A DNA stretch of 64,000 nt from positions 1,024 through 65,023 of the IMG/VR virus record IMGVR_UViG_3300044712_000179; one strand, 5' to 3'. The stretch comes from a virus (lineage: Duplodnaviria > Caudoviricetes). The translations under genes and the position numbers were made by a program. Shown piece after piece: positions 49,066 through 59,365 of the stretch; within the stretch, counting starts at the first letter, position 1, and each line of letters begins with the position of its first letter. A model generated the notes under the pieces. The model ran no database searches. It was not told the origin of the DNA and worked only from the letters and a program-made list of their open reading frames with translations.

Positions 49066-49257
49066 TTATGGTCTATCTATGGTTTTTAAATTGCTGTTAG
49101 TTATTTTAGTGTTGCCTTTGATTGACTGAAACTTAATAAGGCTTCCATTGCCTCTAAATACCCCATTTCTAGCTTCTCTGTGATGAGTACTAGGGAAAGT
49201 GTCTTTAGGGTCATCAAGGTTCATAATGCCGCTTATAGTCTTTCTTTCAGTCTTCAT
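49066..49257 (-). CDS. Stand-alone muzzle-type N-terminal module (63 aa)
   Basis: Paralogous to first ~57 aa of 47535..49064; abuts both neighbours with 1-nt gaps. Confidence 0.75.
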   Translation of the reverse strand: MKTERKTISGIMNLDDPKDTFPSTHHREARNGVFRGNGSLIKFQSIKGNTKITNSNLKTIDRP

Positions 49258-49258
49258 T

Positions 49259-50029
49259 TTATGATTTAGCCACTAATTTCTGACCCATTCTGATAATCTC
49301 ATTAGCATCCCATAACATAATAGGATTCTCTCTAAGATTAGCCAATCTCTTTTGGTTATAATATTCTTTTCTACGCATCTGTTTGTCTCCAAGACTAGCT
49401 CTTCTTCCAAGAGGCAAATGCTCTATATCTTTCCAAGCTATCCAAGCTAAAACAGCTTCCTTAATTTGTACGGGGATTTTGTAGTCTACATCATCAGCAG
49501 GAGATGACATATATTCTAATACAACATAGTCATATGAGTAATCATTCTGTAAATACAATAATCCATCTTCTTCTGAAATATCAAATTCGCCCGGACTATT
49601 TAAAACAGCACCAGCTCCAAATATATTTACATATCTAGCTCCATCAAAGTAGTTTACAAAAGCTAAGTCCTGTAATCTATAAGTGCTTCCAGTTGTATTA
49701 TCTGTATTGCTAGATGTTCTGTCTGATTGCAATATCTTGTATGAACTAAGTGCGACATTTCTTCTAAGTGTAGCAACTTCTCCTTTTTCATTAAATACGC
49801 CAGCCTTAGAAAATGCAACATAGTCTAGTGGTAATGATACTGTCTTGTTTGCGTTAACAGGTAATTTGACAGTCTTCTTGGTGTTATAAACATCCATACC
49901 TAACTCTTCTACACCTCTTACGCCAATAGTCCAAAGTCTTCTATATTCAGCATTAGACAGCTTTGCTTGGTCTATATACTGATAGATAACTTCTGATAAA
50001 CCTATATATTTGCTTGTATCCTTACTCAT
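49259..50029 (-). CDS. Tail ring/tubular protein (putative)
   Basis: LP.DYV, VVLEY, P..KEA..A.I.W pattern; position. Confidence 0.6.
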   Translation of the reverse strand: MSKDTSKYIGLSEVIYQYIDQAKLSNAEYRRLWTIGVRGVEELGMDVYNTKKTVKLPVNANKTVSLPLDYVAFSKAGVFNEKGEVATLRRNVALSSYKILQSDRTSSNTDNTTGSTYRLQDLAFVNYFDGARYVNIFGAGAVLNSPGEFDISEEDGLLYLQNDYSYDYVVLEYMSSPADDVDYKIPVQIKEAVLAWIAWKDIEHLPLGRRASLGDKQMRRKEYYNQKRLANLRENPIMLWDANEIIRMGQKLVAKS

Positions 50030-50046
50030 ATCTTATAGTATAATTA

Positions 50047-50670
50047 TTAAGCTAAATCAACGCCATCGTTCGCACGATCTTCAGGTGTTGCTTTTCTAAT
50101 TTTTAATTGATTTAACACAAGTGTAATGATGTCTGTAATATACTCTTGAGGTACATTTAATTCATCATCCAATGCAGCACTCTCTGTACTTACCATTCTT
50201 ACGATAGCATTCTTGCCTGTAAGATTCGCATAACTCTTGAACCATAATTTCTTCCCCTCTGGCCAGTAGTATATTTTACTAGGTGGCTGTTTCAATTGAT
50301 CCATATAGTCTAATTCTCTAACAGAGATAGGAATTGGAGATTTAGCCAACCCTGTACTTGTAGGGAATGTTACAGTAGATATACCATATCCTCTAGCTAA
50401 TCCAACTGGAACTTGAGGAAGTGTTGCATAGTAATATCCAGTATCAGAATCTCTAGCAACAGTCAATCCCTTGAATGTCATATAGAATACATCATTTACT
50501 GTCTCTATACCATCTAGCTTAATAGCGTCAGTGTAGTTCACCTTTGCCATATAAGCCAATGCTTCATTGATATAGATATTTACTTCCGCTTCAGACAAAG
50601 AAGCGTCATCGTTAGCTACTCCTCCGTAGAAGATACGCCTAATCTGTTCTATTAATACTCTTCTAGTCAT
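50047..50670 (-). CDS. Tail ring/adaptor protein (putative)
   Basis: Position and E...YIN.A / VP.EY pattern. Confidence 0.6.
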   Translation of the reverse strand: MTRRVLIEQIRRIFYGGVANDDASLSEAEVNIYINEALAYMAKVNYTDAIKLDGIETVNDVFYMTFKGLTVARDSDTGYYYATLPQVPVGLARGYGISTVTFPTSTGLAKSPIPISVRELDYMDQLKQPPSKIYYWPEGKKLWFKSYANLTGKNAIVRMVSTESAALDDELNVPQEYITDIITLVLNQLKIRKATPEDRANDGVDLA

Positions 50671-51329
50671 TATTGACCATCGTTTTTAACTGTTTGTGCT
50701 ACTCTTAGCAAATCTGCATCTTTCAAATTCACGCCTATAATACCTAATGTTCTATAGATAATATCTATGTGGTCATTCTCTGGCCATTCTAATTGAACGC
50801 TATTAGCTGGGTCGTAAACCAAGTTTCCTGTATAAGCCCATTTAGCATCTGCTGGCTTTTTGAAATAAACAATCTTAGCTGTTGCTAAGTTACTAGGCCA
50901 GAATTTAAAAGTATTCCCTAATTCAGTATAGAATGGAGAAGTTGTTGTAGCTGGATCAATAGGGTTATTTACATATGCAAATACCTTATCAGCTCCAATT
51001 CTTCTAATGAAATAATCGTCATCAGTAGTTCTCATTGCCGATATTTTGTAGAAATCATTAGGCTGAGGAGCTATCTGAGTTGTAATGGTCAATGTAGCTT
51101 CTTTAATAAAAGCAGACAAAGAACCTCCTGTAGTAACATCATCTTTAATACCACTCTGTCTTCTAGGTGTTCTGCTTTGAGTAAATTCAGCAGTCTCTCC
51201 TGTAAGGAAATTCATATACTGCTTTTGAGCAGCATTGATTGACATATTGAAATCGTCTGGTGATAAGTAAGTTCCCTGATACTTATCCACCATATACGAA
51301 ACTAGCTTGTATATTTCATCGATATTCAT
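50670..51329 (-). CDS. Head-tail ring protein (putative)
   Basis: YLSP.DFN..IN.AQ, Y.KKP, LE.P motifs; start reassigned to 51329. Confidence 0.65.
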   Translation of the reverse strand: MNIDEIYKLVSYMVDKYQGTYLSPDDFNMSINAAQKQYMNFLTGETAEFTQSRTPRRQSGIKDDVTTGGSLSAFIKEATLTITTQIAPQPNDFYKISAMRTTDDDYFIRRIGADKVFAYVNNPIDPATTTSPFYTELGNTFKFWPSNLATAKIVYFKKPADAKWAYTGNLVYDPANSVQLEWPENDHIDIIYRTLGIIGVNLKDADLLRVAQTVKNDGQ

Positions 51330-51405
51330 ATTGCAAATATAAACAAAAAAGCCCGCGTAGAAACGCAGGCCCTTTAACCAATAAACCATATAACACAAAG
51401 CGTCT

Positions 51406-52329
51406 TTAGTCGTTTACAATGTGCTTAATCTGAGAATAGAACTCCTTACCTTGAGCTGTCAAACAGAACTCCGCTAAGAACTGTAATGACTGCTTTCCGT
51501 CTGGAATCTGAACAATAAATGATTTACTGTCTCCCCAAATAGCTTGACCCTTAATACTGCTAGTATCAACCAATCCAGCGTTCATTGCCTTTTGTACAAT
51601 GTACTGAATCTTTACTAATGGATTGTTATATGTTTTGATGAACATATCAGGGTTCTTATCCGCAATATTTAAATAGTCAAATCTAATAGCCTTCTCTCCT
51701 CTTTCTACATTCTGTCTATTAACGAATGCAATGCCAAGGTACTTAGCGTGAGGAATCATCATATCCAATGGAGCATCCATAGCAATACGCATAGCATCCA
51801 TACGAACCTCTGCCTTTTCCATATTCTTAGTCTCTTCAGCTTGGAAGTCTAACATCTTGTATAGAGGCTGTGTGCCTGCCATACGATTCTTGTTAGAAGC
51901 ATTCATATTGCTCTTCATTAAGAATTGCAATAAAGAAGGCTTATTTGAAGGAACTCTTAAGTATCCGTTTACGAATCTAATATCAGGTCTAGCATTTTGC
52001 TTTTGCTCAGACAAATGCTCTTGCTCGTCTTCGTAAATAGTGCTAACTCCTTCTAGGTATCTAATGTTTCTTTCTGTGTTAGTCTCTTCATCATAGATGA
52101 TATCTCTATTCTTTACCAACCAGTTTTCTGGATAAGGTAACTTATCTGGAGAGTTTTGATAAACAGTTCTAACTAATTGGAATACATAGAAATCAGGTTT
52201 TTTAGCCTGCTTCTTAATTGGGGTAGCTTTAATATCAGCTACTTCTGAAATTTCGTTTTGAGGTGCTACATCTACTTCAACAATGTTGCCATTGTCATCA
52301 ATAGTTTGCTTTTTGATTGCTTTTGCCAT
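51406..52329 (-). CDS. Structural/assembly protein downstream of capsid gene
   Basis: Position; IRY..SIY.DEQ, F.NG.L.V; start reassigned to 52329. Confidence 0.6.
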   Translation of the reverse strand: MAKAIKKQTIDDNGNIVEVDVAPQNEISEVADIKATPIKKQAKKPDFYVFQLVRTVYQNSPDKLPYPENWLVKNRDIIYDEETNTERNIRYLEGVSTIYEDEQEHLSEQKQNARPDIRFVNGYLRVPSNKPSLLQFLMKSNMNASNKNRMAGTQPLYKMLDFQAEETKNMEKAEVRMDAMRIAMDAPLDMMIPHAKYLGIAFVNRQNVERGEKAIRFDYLNIADKNPDMFIKTYNNPLVKIQYIVQKAMNAGLVDTSSIKGQAIWGDSKSFIVQIPDGKQSLQFLAEFCLTAQGKEFYSQIKHIVND

Positions 52330-52369
52330 AATGGTTATTTTATATGTGTTACAAATATACATAAAAAAG

Positions 52370-52401
52370 AAAAACCCTAGGCTTTCACCTAGGGCTTCTT
52401 T
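52370..52401 (-). terminator. Terminator after capsid gene
   Basis: ccctagg/cctaggg stem with flanking A/T runs. Confidence 0.7.
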
Positions 52402-52420
52402 TATCCTGTAATATTAAATA

Positions 52421-53764
52421 TTAAGGCTTGATGTTTATGTACTGATTAGCACCAAACAATTGGATACCGCAGTATGCCATATGATGTACATTTAATTCCA
52501 TCTTATCAGATGTAGGAACTTTAGCTAATGCACCAGTTTCCCAAACCTTGATGTCCTTGCCCGGCTCTACTTCGTTAGAAACGATACGTAAAGAAGGGAT
52601 TTTATCACCAGTCTGAGCATCTCTACCTTCCTTAACAGGAATTAAGATACCGCTGTTCTTGTAGTACTCAGTTGTTGGAGCAACACCGTATACAGCTTCA
52701 GCATTGAATGGTAAATATTTCTTCAAGTGGAAAGTTGTACCGTCGATCTTGATAGAATCAAAACCATACTTAATAGCAACTTCTTGAGAACCACCTACAG
52801 CAGCCCATTGGATAGCACCAGCTGTGTATTTGCTGAAGATAGCGTCATCAACAACAGTTCTTAAGTAAGAATCCATCAAGAAATGGTATTCGCTAGAACC
52901 ACCGTTAAAGTCAGCTAAACGAGCTAAAGCGTGGAAATCTTCGATAGTGAAACCGCTAGAACTTGCATTCCATTGGTAAGTTTGACCACCAGCTTCAACT
53001 TGAGGAATTAAACCAGTTGTACCAACTGTTCCAGAAATGTTATCTGTAGGCTTACCGAACATTAACTTGAACTCCTTGTTGTTCATAAATCTACGAACAG
53101 CTTCATCTAAACCTTTGTAAGTGTAGTAAGCTTGTCCGTTAACTTCGAAGTATAATTCTTCGATCTTAGCTCTATCTGTGATAGAGAAATCTTCACGGAT
53201 TTCAGTTGTGTAGAAAGTCTTCTTCTCAGTTAAACCTGTTAAAGAACTGAACTTGCTAGATGCTTCACCAGCTTCTGTAATACCACGGAATAACAAATGA
53301 GCTGTAGAGTTTGCACCTAAGTCATCATTAGCATCGATAGTAGAACTTAAAGGCTTGATTGTACATACTGTAGCAGAAGCAACAGCTGTAATCTTGTACT
53401 GAGCACCAGTTGCAGCGTTCTCAACAACTTCACCTACGCGTAATGGAGACTTACCACCATTTACGAAAGCAGAAGAAATTTCTACATCTACAGCAGCGCC
53501 TGGAGCTACAGAAGCTAAAGCACCACCGTTTAATTGTACTGCAGAATGCAATTTACCACGAGTCTCGAAGTGGAAGAATTCACGAGAAGGAACTGTAGCT
53601 TTCATACCTAAAGCTTCCAATAATTGAGTATAGTTCTGAGAACCATATTTCTCAATAAATTTATCATAGTACTGAGGTTTTAAGATTGACAAGTCAGAAA
53701 CGAACTGACGTGTAACCTGACCACTAGTAGGTTGTACTGAACCCGGTTGTAATGGAGTTGCCAT
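52421..53764 (-). CDS. Major capsid protein
   Basis: 447 aa after scaffold, biased codons, followed by terminator, TTGLIPQ motif. Confidence 0.8.
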   Translation of the reverse strand: MATPLQPGSVQPTSGQVTRQFVSDLSILKPQYYDKFIEKYGSQNYTQLLEALGMKATVPSREFFHFETRGKLHSAVQLNGGALASVAPGAAVDVEISSAFVNGGKSPLRVGEVVENAATGAQYKITAVASATVCTIKPLSSTIDANDDLGANSTAHLLFRGITEAGEASSKFSSLTGLTEKKTFYTTEIREDFSITDRAKIEELYFEVNGQAYYTYKGLDEAVRRFMNNKEFKLMFGKPTDNISGTVGTTGLIPQVEAGGQTYQWNASSSGFTIEDFHALARLADFNGGSSEYHFLMDSYLRTVVDDAIFSKYTAGAIQWAAVGGSQEVAIKYGFDSIKIDGTTFHLKKYLPFNAEAVYGVAPTTEYYKNSGILIPVKEGRDAQTGDKIPSLRIVSNEVEPGKDIKVWETGALAKVPTSDKMELNVHHMAYCGIQLFGANQYINIKP

Positions 53765-53793
53765 TTTTTTCTTATTTTATTTTTTAAAATTAA

Positions 53794-54960
53794 TTATGAT
53801 CTAAACATTACATCCACCATCTTATCAAAGTCGCTTGCATCCGCTGCCGCTGCTGATCTTGGAGTGTTGCTATAATCAATGTTTTTAATACCCTTCAAAA
53901 AGTCTGCCTTTGCTTTGCTAACAGCCTGTGTTACCATTGCATTAACAACCTTTTCTCTGTTTTGCAACAAGTAGATGTCTTCCGCTAATTGCTTGGTATC
54001 ATACTTACCATCCTTGTAGTATCTGTTACCATAAAAAGACTCGAGGTCAAATGCCTTCATTGTTTCTTGAAGTTGTGCTTTGTCTTCTTGTGTAAGATTA
54101 AAAGCTCCGTCAAATTGGACATCCTCGTCCTTGTAATTGACTTTAAAACCTTCAAAATCCTTCAAGCCAGTTTCGATACTTTGTTCAAATACCTGTCTAG
54201 CTTGTTTCAGTGCTTCTTCCTCTTCTGCTTGTTTTGCAGTTAAAAACTGATTTACAATTTCTTCAGGATTCACATTTGGCTGTGTTTGCTGTTGAAACTG
54301 ACTCAGAATATCTGGAAAATCAATGTCCTGTCTCATACCTTGCAAGAACTCTTTCGCATCTCTCACATCTTTCTTCAACTCTCTTGCAATGGCCTTTTCT
54401 TGCTTCTCGATTTGTCTGCGTTTAGCAGCAATCTCTTCATCAGTCATTAAAGACTCATCAAAGTCTTTATCGATTGAATACTTAGAAGCAAATTCTTCCT
54501 CGATTTCTTGTGGAGTTAAATCTGGATATTCGTAAGCTAATTTTAACTTTAAAATATCAGACTCATCCATCGTGTCTAACTCAGAAAGAACTTTTTGTTC
54601 ATACATCATATCTGCTATTTCTGAAATGTTTCCAGAAACCAGACTTTCATATATGTTCTTTGCTGTATCGTTTGCCCACTCAAATTGAATAGGTGTAGGA
54701 TCAGCTGGGTTTGCATCATCAGCTTCATCTGTTTTTGCAGCTGGAGCTGGGTCTGCTTGTGTTCCTGTATTCGTATCTACTGGCGCTGGATCAGCAGGTG
54801 CTGGATCTTGTGCTGGTGGATTTCCGTCCGCTGGATCAGCAGGTGCTGGATCGGTTGGCGTAGGGTCTACAGGGTCTTTTGTTTCGTCAACTGGTGTTGG
54901 TTCATTTGGCGTGGTAGTATAACTAGACACGTCAAAAGGGTTGCTTGTCTCTTCTGCCAT
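53794..54960 (-). CDS. Capsid scaffolding protein (putative)
   Basis: Acidic, P/D/A-repeat N-terminus, coiled coils, between portal and capsid. Confidence 0.7.
   Translation of the reverse strand: MAEETSNPFDVSSYTTTPNEPTPVDETKDPVDPTPTDPAPADPADGNPPAQDPAPADPAPVDTNTGTQADPAPAAKTDEADDANPADPTPIQFEWANDTAKNIYESLVSGNISEIADMMYEQKVLSELDTMDESDILKLKLAYEYPDLTPQEIEEEFASKYSIDKDFDESLMTDEEIAAKRRQIEKQEKAIARELKKDVRDAKEFLQGMRQDIDFPDILSQFQQQTQPNVNPEEIVNQFLTAKQAEEEEALKQARQVFEQSIETGLKDFEGFKVNYKDEDVQFDGAFNLTQEDKAQLQETMKAFDLESFYGNRYYKDGKYDTKQLAEDIYLLQNREKVVNAMVTQAVSKAKADFLKGIKNIDYSNTPRSAAAADASDFDKMVDVMFRS
54784..54852. repeat. 24-bp direct repeat encoding DPAPADPA
   Basis: cgctggatcagcaggtgctggatc at 54784-54807 and 54829-54852. 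Confidence 0.85.
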
Positions 54961-55004
54961 ATTGGTTTATTTTATTATGCAAATATAGATATAATATCAT
55001 TCAT

Positions 55005-57314
55005 TTATTGCTGACCTTCAGCTGCTTGAGCTTCTGCCATTTGTTGCTCTTGCATTGCTTGTTGTTGCATCGCCATTTGCTCTTGTTGTTTCTTGGTAAA
55101 GAACTCGTCTACCAATGCTTGCAATGGTTCTGTTAAAGGCTTGCCTGTTTCGTAAGACTTCAATAAAATATTTTGAATAAATTCTTGTTGAGATAATTCT
55201 TGCTTCATCTTCATCTCAGTAGTAGTAACAGCTAACTTACCTTGAGTTTCTGCCTGAACAGTTTGTTGTCTAGCTTGCTCTGCTACCATAGCTGATTGTT
55301 GTTGAGCTTGAGCATTCATTTCTGAATTCTGCTTAGCCTCTTCCATCTTTTGCTTTTGCTTATTCTTTTTAGCCTTTGTAAGATACATCTCAGCTAGCTT
55401 AGTATTCTTAATACTTCTAACTCTAAATGCATCTTCAAATTCAATCATACCAGCAGACAATGCTGTTTGAATCATAGACTCCACAAATTGTCTTTCTGAT
55501 ATATCAGGCATTACTTCTATCTTAACATCAAATACCTTACCCTTAACCTTATCTGGGCTTAAGTAGTTTTCGTACTGCTTGCCTCCGTATAATACAGAAT
55601 CGTATAATAACAACGCAATCTTAAATGATGTTTGTTGGTATATGTTTAAGTAAGCATCGTAAATAAAGTCAGTAGCATTATTAGACGCTTGAATTTGAGA
55701 TTGTTGAACACCTAATCCGGTCTTAGGATTAATTGCGGCACCTTCTCTATATTCGTTTACGCCAATCTCGTCTCTTAATCTATCTAAATAGTGATTGTAA
55801 ACAGAAATCAATTCTTGAATCTGACTTACGCTTCCAGCGTTAGGAGCTTCTTGAATAGGCAATCCATTCATTTGGTCTCCATCTTCCGTTCTTCTCTTAT
55901 AGTAGATATTACCAGTTTGGTCGTACACTCTTTGTAATTCAAGAGGATTTAAAGCTTTACCTTGACCTATGTTAATATCTGATAATGAATCAATATCGAT
56001 AATCAATCCAGAAGGTCTTAGTTTAGCTACCAATTGCTGTATCTTTAAGTGAGCTAAAGTCATTTGACGAATAGACGTCTCCATTCTTTCTGGAATAGCC
56101 ATATTCTCTAAATCCAAATTCTCTGGCATATAGATGCTATAACTGAAGAATGCATCAGCCATTTCCTTAACAGTAGATGGCTTAATCATATTCTTAGCAA
56201 TACCCCACTCTAACATCGTGTCGCTATTTAAAACATAAACTCCACGATAGATAACAAACATATCCTTAGTAATCAATTGTTTGTTCTCTCCTAATTTTTG
56301 AGGAACCTTGTCCTTTCTGTCAACAGCTGTAAGATTACCATACTTGTTAGTCTTAGCTTGATATAAGACATTATCAATTGTCTTAATCTCATAATCTAAT
56401 ACATCAACAGTCCAATCATCGTAAGGTCTATCTATAGCATATCTGAATCTGTCATCCCATTTTACAGTCTGTGTATATTGCTTTGCTCTTTGAGCTAACT
56501 TCCAAATCTCCTCCTCTGACATATTAGGATATTGATTTCTAATATCTACCAGCTTCATAGAGATAACTTCTCCGATGAATGATACATCTCTAAAATCATC
56601 ATATGTAGAGAATCCATAGAAGCTATTCTCTGGAACAACTCTTCTAACGTGTATCTTACCATTATTACCAACGCTTACTTTAGTAGCACCGATACCAGTC
56701 TCACTAATATCTTCTAACAGCTTTCTTTTGATAACATTCCATCCATTTTCATAGAATACATATTCGCATCCTTTTTCAAATAAAATCTCTTCAGCTAATT
56801 GGTATTCTAATCCAAAGTACAATTCTAACTCTTCGTAGTCTTCTGGAGTGAACTGACCTTCTGACATTAATTTAACGCCAGATTGTTCTTCTATACCTCT
56901 TACCTCTTCTCCGAAGTTCATTCTAAACTCAGCCTCATCCTTATCATATTTCTTTCTATCTACAGAAACTGGGTCTACAGCAGTTGCTCTAACCTTCTCA
57001 TCACGCTTCATAAATCCACCTATGATAACCTGCATAAACTTAGGAGCAATCGCAGGAGCTTTCATATCTAGGTTTACGAATGCTTCTTTACCATCCACAT
57101 TCAATAAATCTAAGAATTCAGCCATAGGCTGTTTACCTCTAGAAAACTTTCTGTTCTTTTCAAACTTTCTATTTCTTCTATTGAAGTAACCGCTGTTGTA
57201 AGCTTTTTGTAAGAATTTAGATATCTTTAAGCCTTCAGCAGTATCTCTTTTCAACTTGGAGTTGCCAAGGTGAAAGTTTAAAATCTCTTTAGTTGTTGCG
57301 TTGTTATCACTCAT
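55005..57314 (-). CDS. Portal protein
   Basis: 769 aa after terminase; PKF..VI.G, QTGN, G.NE.R.G, Q-rich tail. Confidence 0.85.
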   Translation of the reverse strand: MSDNNATTKEILNFHLGNSKLKRDTAEGLKISKFLQKAYNSGYFNRRNRKFEKNRKFSRGKQPMAEFLDLLNVDGKEAFVNLDMKAPAIAPKFMQVIIGGFMKRDEKVRATAVDPVSVDRKKYDKDEAEFRMNFGEEVRGIEEQSGVKLMSEGQFTPEDYEELELYFGLEYQLAEEILFEKGCEYVFYENGWNVIKRKLLEDISETGIGATKVSVGNNGKIHVRRVVPENSFYGFSTYDDFRDVSFIGEVISMKLVDIRNQYPNMSEEEIWKLAQRAKQYTQTVKWDDRFRYAIDRPYDDWTVDVLDYEIKTIDNVLYQAKTNKYGNLTAVDRKDKVPQKLGENKQLITKDMFVIYRGVYVLNSDTMLEWGIAKNMIKPSTVKEMADAFFSYSIYMPENLDLENMAIPERMETSIRQMTLAHLKIQQLVAKLRPSGLIIDIDSLSDINIGQGKALNPLELQRVYDQTGNIYYKRRTEDGDQMNGLPIQEAPNAGSVSQIQELISVYNHYLDRLRDEIGVNEYREGAAINPKTGLGVQQSQIQASNNATDFIYDAYLNIYQQTSFKIALLLYDSVLYGGKQYENYLSPDKVKGKVFDVKIEVMPDISERQFVESMIQTALSAGMIEFEDAFRVRSIKNTKLAEMYLTKAKKNKQKQKMEEAKQNSEMNAQAQQQSAMVAEQARQQTVQAETQGKLAVTTTEMKMKQELSQQEFIQNILLKSYETGKPLTEPLQALVDEFFTKKQQEQMAMQQQAMQEQQMAEAQAAEGQQ

Positions 57315-57340
57315 AAGTATAGCAAAAGTACAAAATTAGA

Positions 57341-59365
57341 TTACACATCTATCTTGTAGGTTTTAAGTGGCAATGTTGCCAGTTTAACTTCTTGTTTGTT
57401 ACTCTCCAAAGATACGCCAGAAAGTAGACTAATCATAAACGCCACCGTTCTATCGAATGGCGTTCTATTCTCGTGGTCGTACACTAACAACTCTTCCAAT
57501 AAGTCTGGGAAATATATTTTCTCACAATGACTCTCCACATAGTTGATTCCAGTATCTAGCTGTCTTGCCAAAGCAAACGCATCTGCAGAAGCTACTCCAT
57601 ACTTTGAAGGCCCAGACCTTCTTTTGAATTTATCAATAGCAGACTCTGGAGTCTTCATCAGGTAACTTCTATATCCTTTGTTAGCAAAGTAGTCCACGAA
57701 GTCATCACCGACATCATTCTCGTAACAAGCCTTGTATCCATAAAATACAGCTGCCTTTAACATCTCCTCGTGAAATAGACTCTTTAATCTAGGTCTGTCT
57801 AGATATTCTGCTATAGGTAATCCTGTATTAGCAGGGTCTTTCATATCTAATTTTTCAAATATATAACAAGCTCCCATAGAGCCCTTGCCATTAATAATAG
57901 AGGATCTGAATGGGTCAATGCCATTGGAGTACCTATCGGTATTTGCTGGAGTTCTGATTCCATTAATCTCTACAGAATGATTCTGAAGGTCTTTTGGTGG
58001 GAACTTGTGAATCAGCCAAGACCCGTTAGGGTCATCTGCCCAATCAACAGTCTTTGTATCTTTCCAGAAGAATCTAACCCTTCTCATAGGAACTCTTTCT
58101 TCCTTTAAGAAGTCTATCTGGTTGTATATTTTATCGGCATTGAAATAACACTTCTTAGCATCAATCATAAAGGCTTCGTCTTCCGTAAACGGATTCATAC
58201 GAACCTCCTCTGATAACGCTTTCTTATCTGTGATAATCTTTCTTTGGTTAAGCAAGTATTCCTTACTTCCGTGCTCTATGGAAATACCCCATTTATTTAA
58301 AATGAAATCTTTTTGTTCTTGAGTAGGCGTATCTACAATAGACATACCATATTCGTCTATAAAACCTTCATATCCATCATATGCTGGACAGAAGTATCTG
58401 TACAACCCAGTAGCGGTGATTTGAGTCTCAAACTGATTGCTGCCATCAAATAGCTCCTTGTATGGCTCACCACCAGACTTGGCATCGTTGGCTGTAGAAG
58501 GTATTAAACAGAATCCAACCTTAATAGCACCTCTTCCAAGCGTCTTTTTAACGATTGGCCAATACTGATTCACAGGAACTTCTTTTGGGTATTTACCAGC
58601 CTCATCCATAAGAAGGGCGGTAACTCTACCAGAGTCGTATGAGTTCAGTGCTGTATTCTTATAGCTTATCTTGGATTCTAATCCAATATCATCATCGAAT
58701 ATTTTACCCTTCTCCCTGCCCTTATTTTTCTTCTTATCCTTCTTCTTCTTGAATACCAATTCAGTCTTAGTCTCTTCATCCTCTGCTCTAGGCTTAAGGA
58801 ATATAGGTAGATTACGATATCCGTTCATTACCATATACACAAACGCATCTGAGGCATCCTTACCTGTCTTAGATACGATACCACAGAAAGACTTTCTTTG
58901 TGTAATAGATTTCCATACTAGATAAGCAGTAGCCTGAGAGGTAGCACCCTCACGACGCTTCTTGATACGAACAATCCCAAAACAGAATGGTAATGACTCT
59001 GTATGTTGTTGGAAATAGAAATACCTTCTATCTACATCTCTATAGTCTGGTCTATTACCATCCTCTAGTGTCCAGTAATTTATATAAAAATAATGCAGTC
59101 CTGTAATGTAAGTAGGCGTTCCATTATTATAAAACCAATATCCATTATTTATCTTCTTCCATTCCTTGATAACAAATGCAGTTTGTTCTTCAGAATAGAT
59201 GGCATTCCCTTCGTCATCAAACTCTAGGTCATCAAAATAATCCGGTATAGTTATCTCTCTAAACTTCTGTTCTTTCTTAGGAAGATTATACCCATCAATA
59301 TCTTTCTTATTGGGTTCATCTGGTATCTTGTATTTGATTCCGTATATCTCTTCTATTCTACTCAT
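57341..59365 (-). CDS. terL: Terminase large subunit
   Basis: YITG.HY, KKRREGAT, DEAGK, STAN, GIDP, FD.TVA. Confidence 0.9.
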   Translation of the reverse strand: MSRIEEIYGIKYKIPDEPNKKDIDGYNLPKKEQKFREITIPDYFDDLEFDDEGNAIYSEEQTAFVIKEWKKINNGYWFYNNGTPTYITGLHYFYINYWTLEDGNRPDYRDVDRRYFYFQQHTESLPFCFGIVRIKKRREGATSQATAYLVWKSITQRKSFCGIVSKTGKDASDAFVYMVMNGYRNLPIFLKPRAEDEETKTELVFKKKKDKKKNKGREKGKIFDDDIGLESKISYKNTALNSYDSGRVTALLMDEAGKYPKEVPVNQYWPIVKKTLGRGAIKVGFCLIPSTANDAKSGGEPYKELFDGSNQFETQITATGLYRYFCPAYDGYEGFIDEYGMSIVDTPTQEQKDFILNKWGISIEHGSKEYLLNQRKIITDKKALSEEVRMNPFTEDEAFMIDAKKCYFNADKIYNQIDFLKEERVPMRRVRFFWKDTKTVDWADDPNGSWLIHKFPPKDLQNHSVEINGIRTPANTDRYSNGIDPFRSSIINGKGSMGACYIFEKLDMKDPANTGLPIAEYLDRPRLKSLFHEEMLKAAVFYGYKACYENDVGDDFVDYFANKGYRSYLMKTPESAIDKFKRRSGPSKYGVASADAFALARQLDTGINYVESHCEKIYFPDLLEELLVYDHENRTPFDRTVAFMISLLSGVSLESNKQEVKLATLPLKTYKIDV

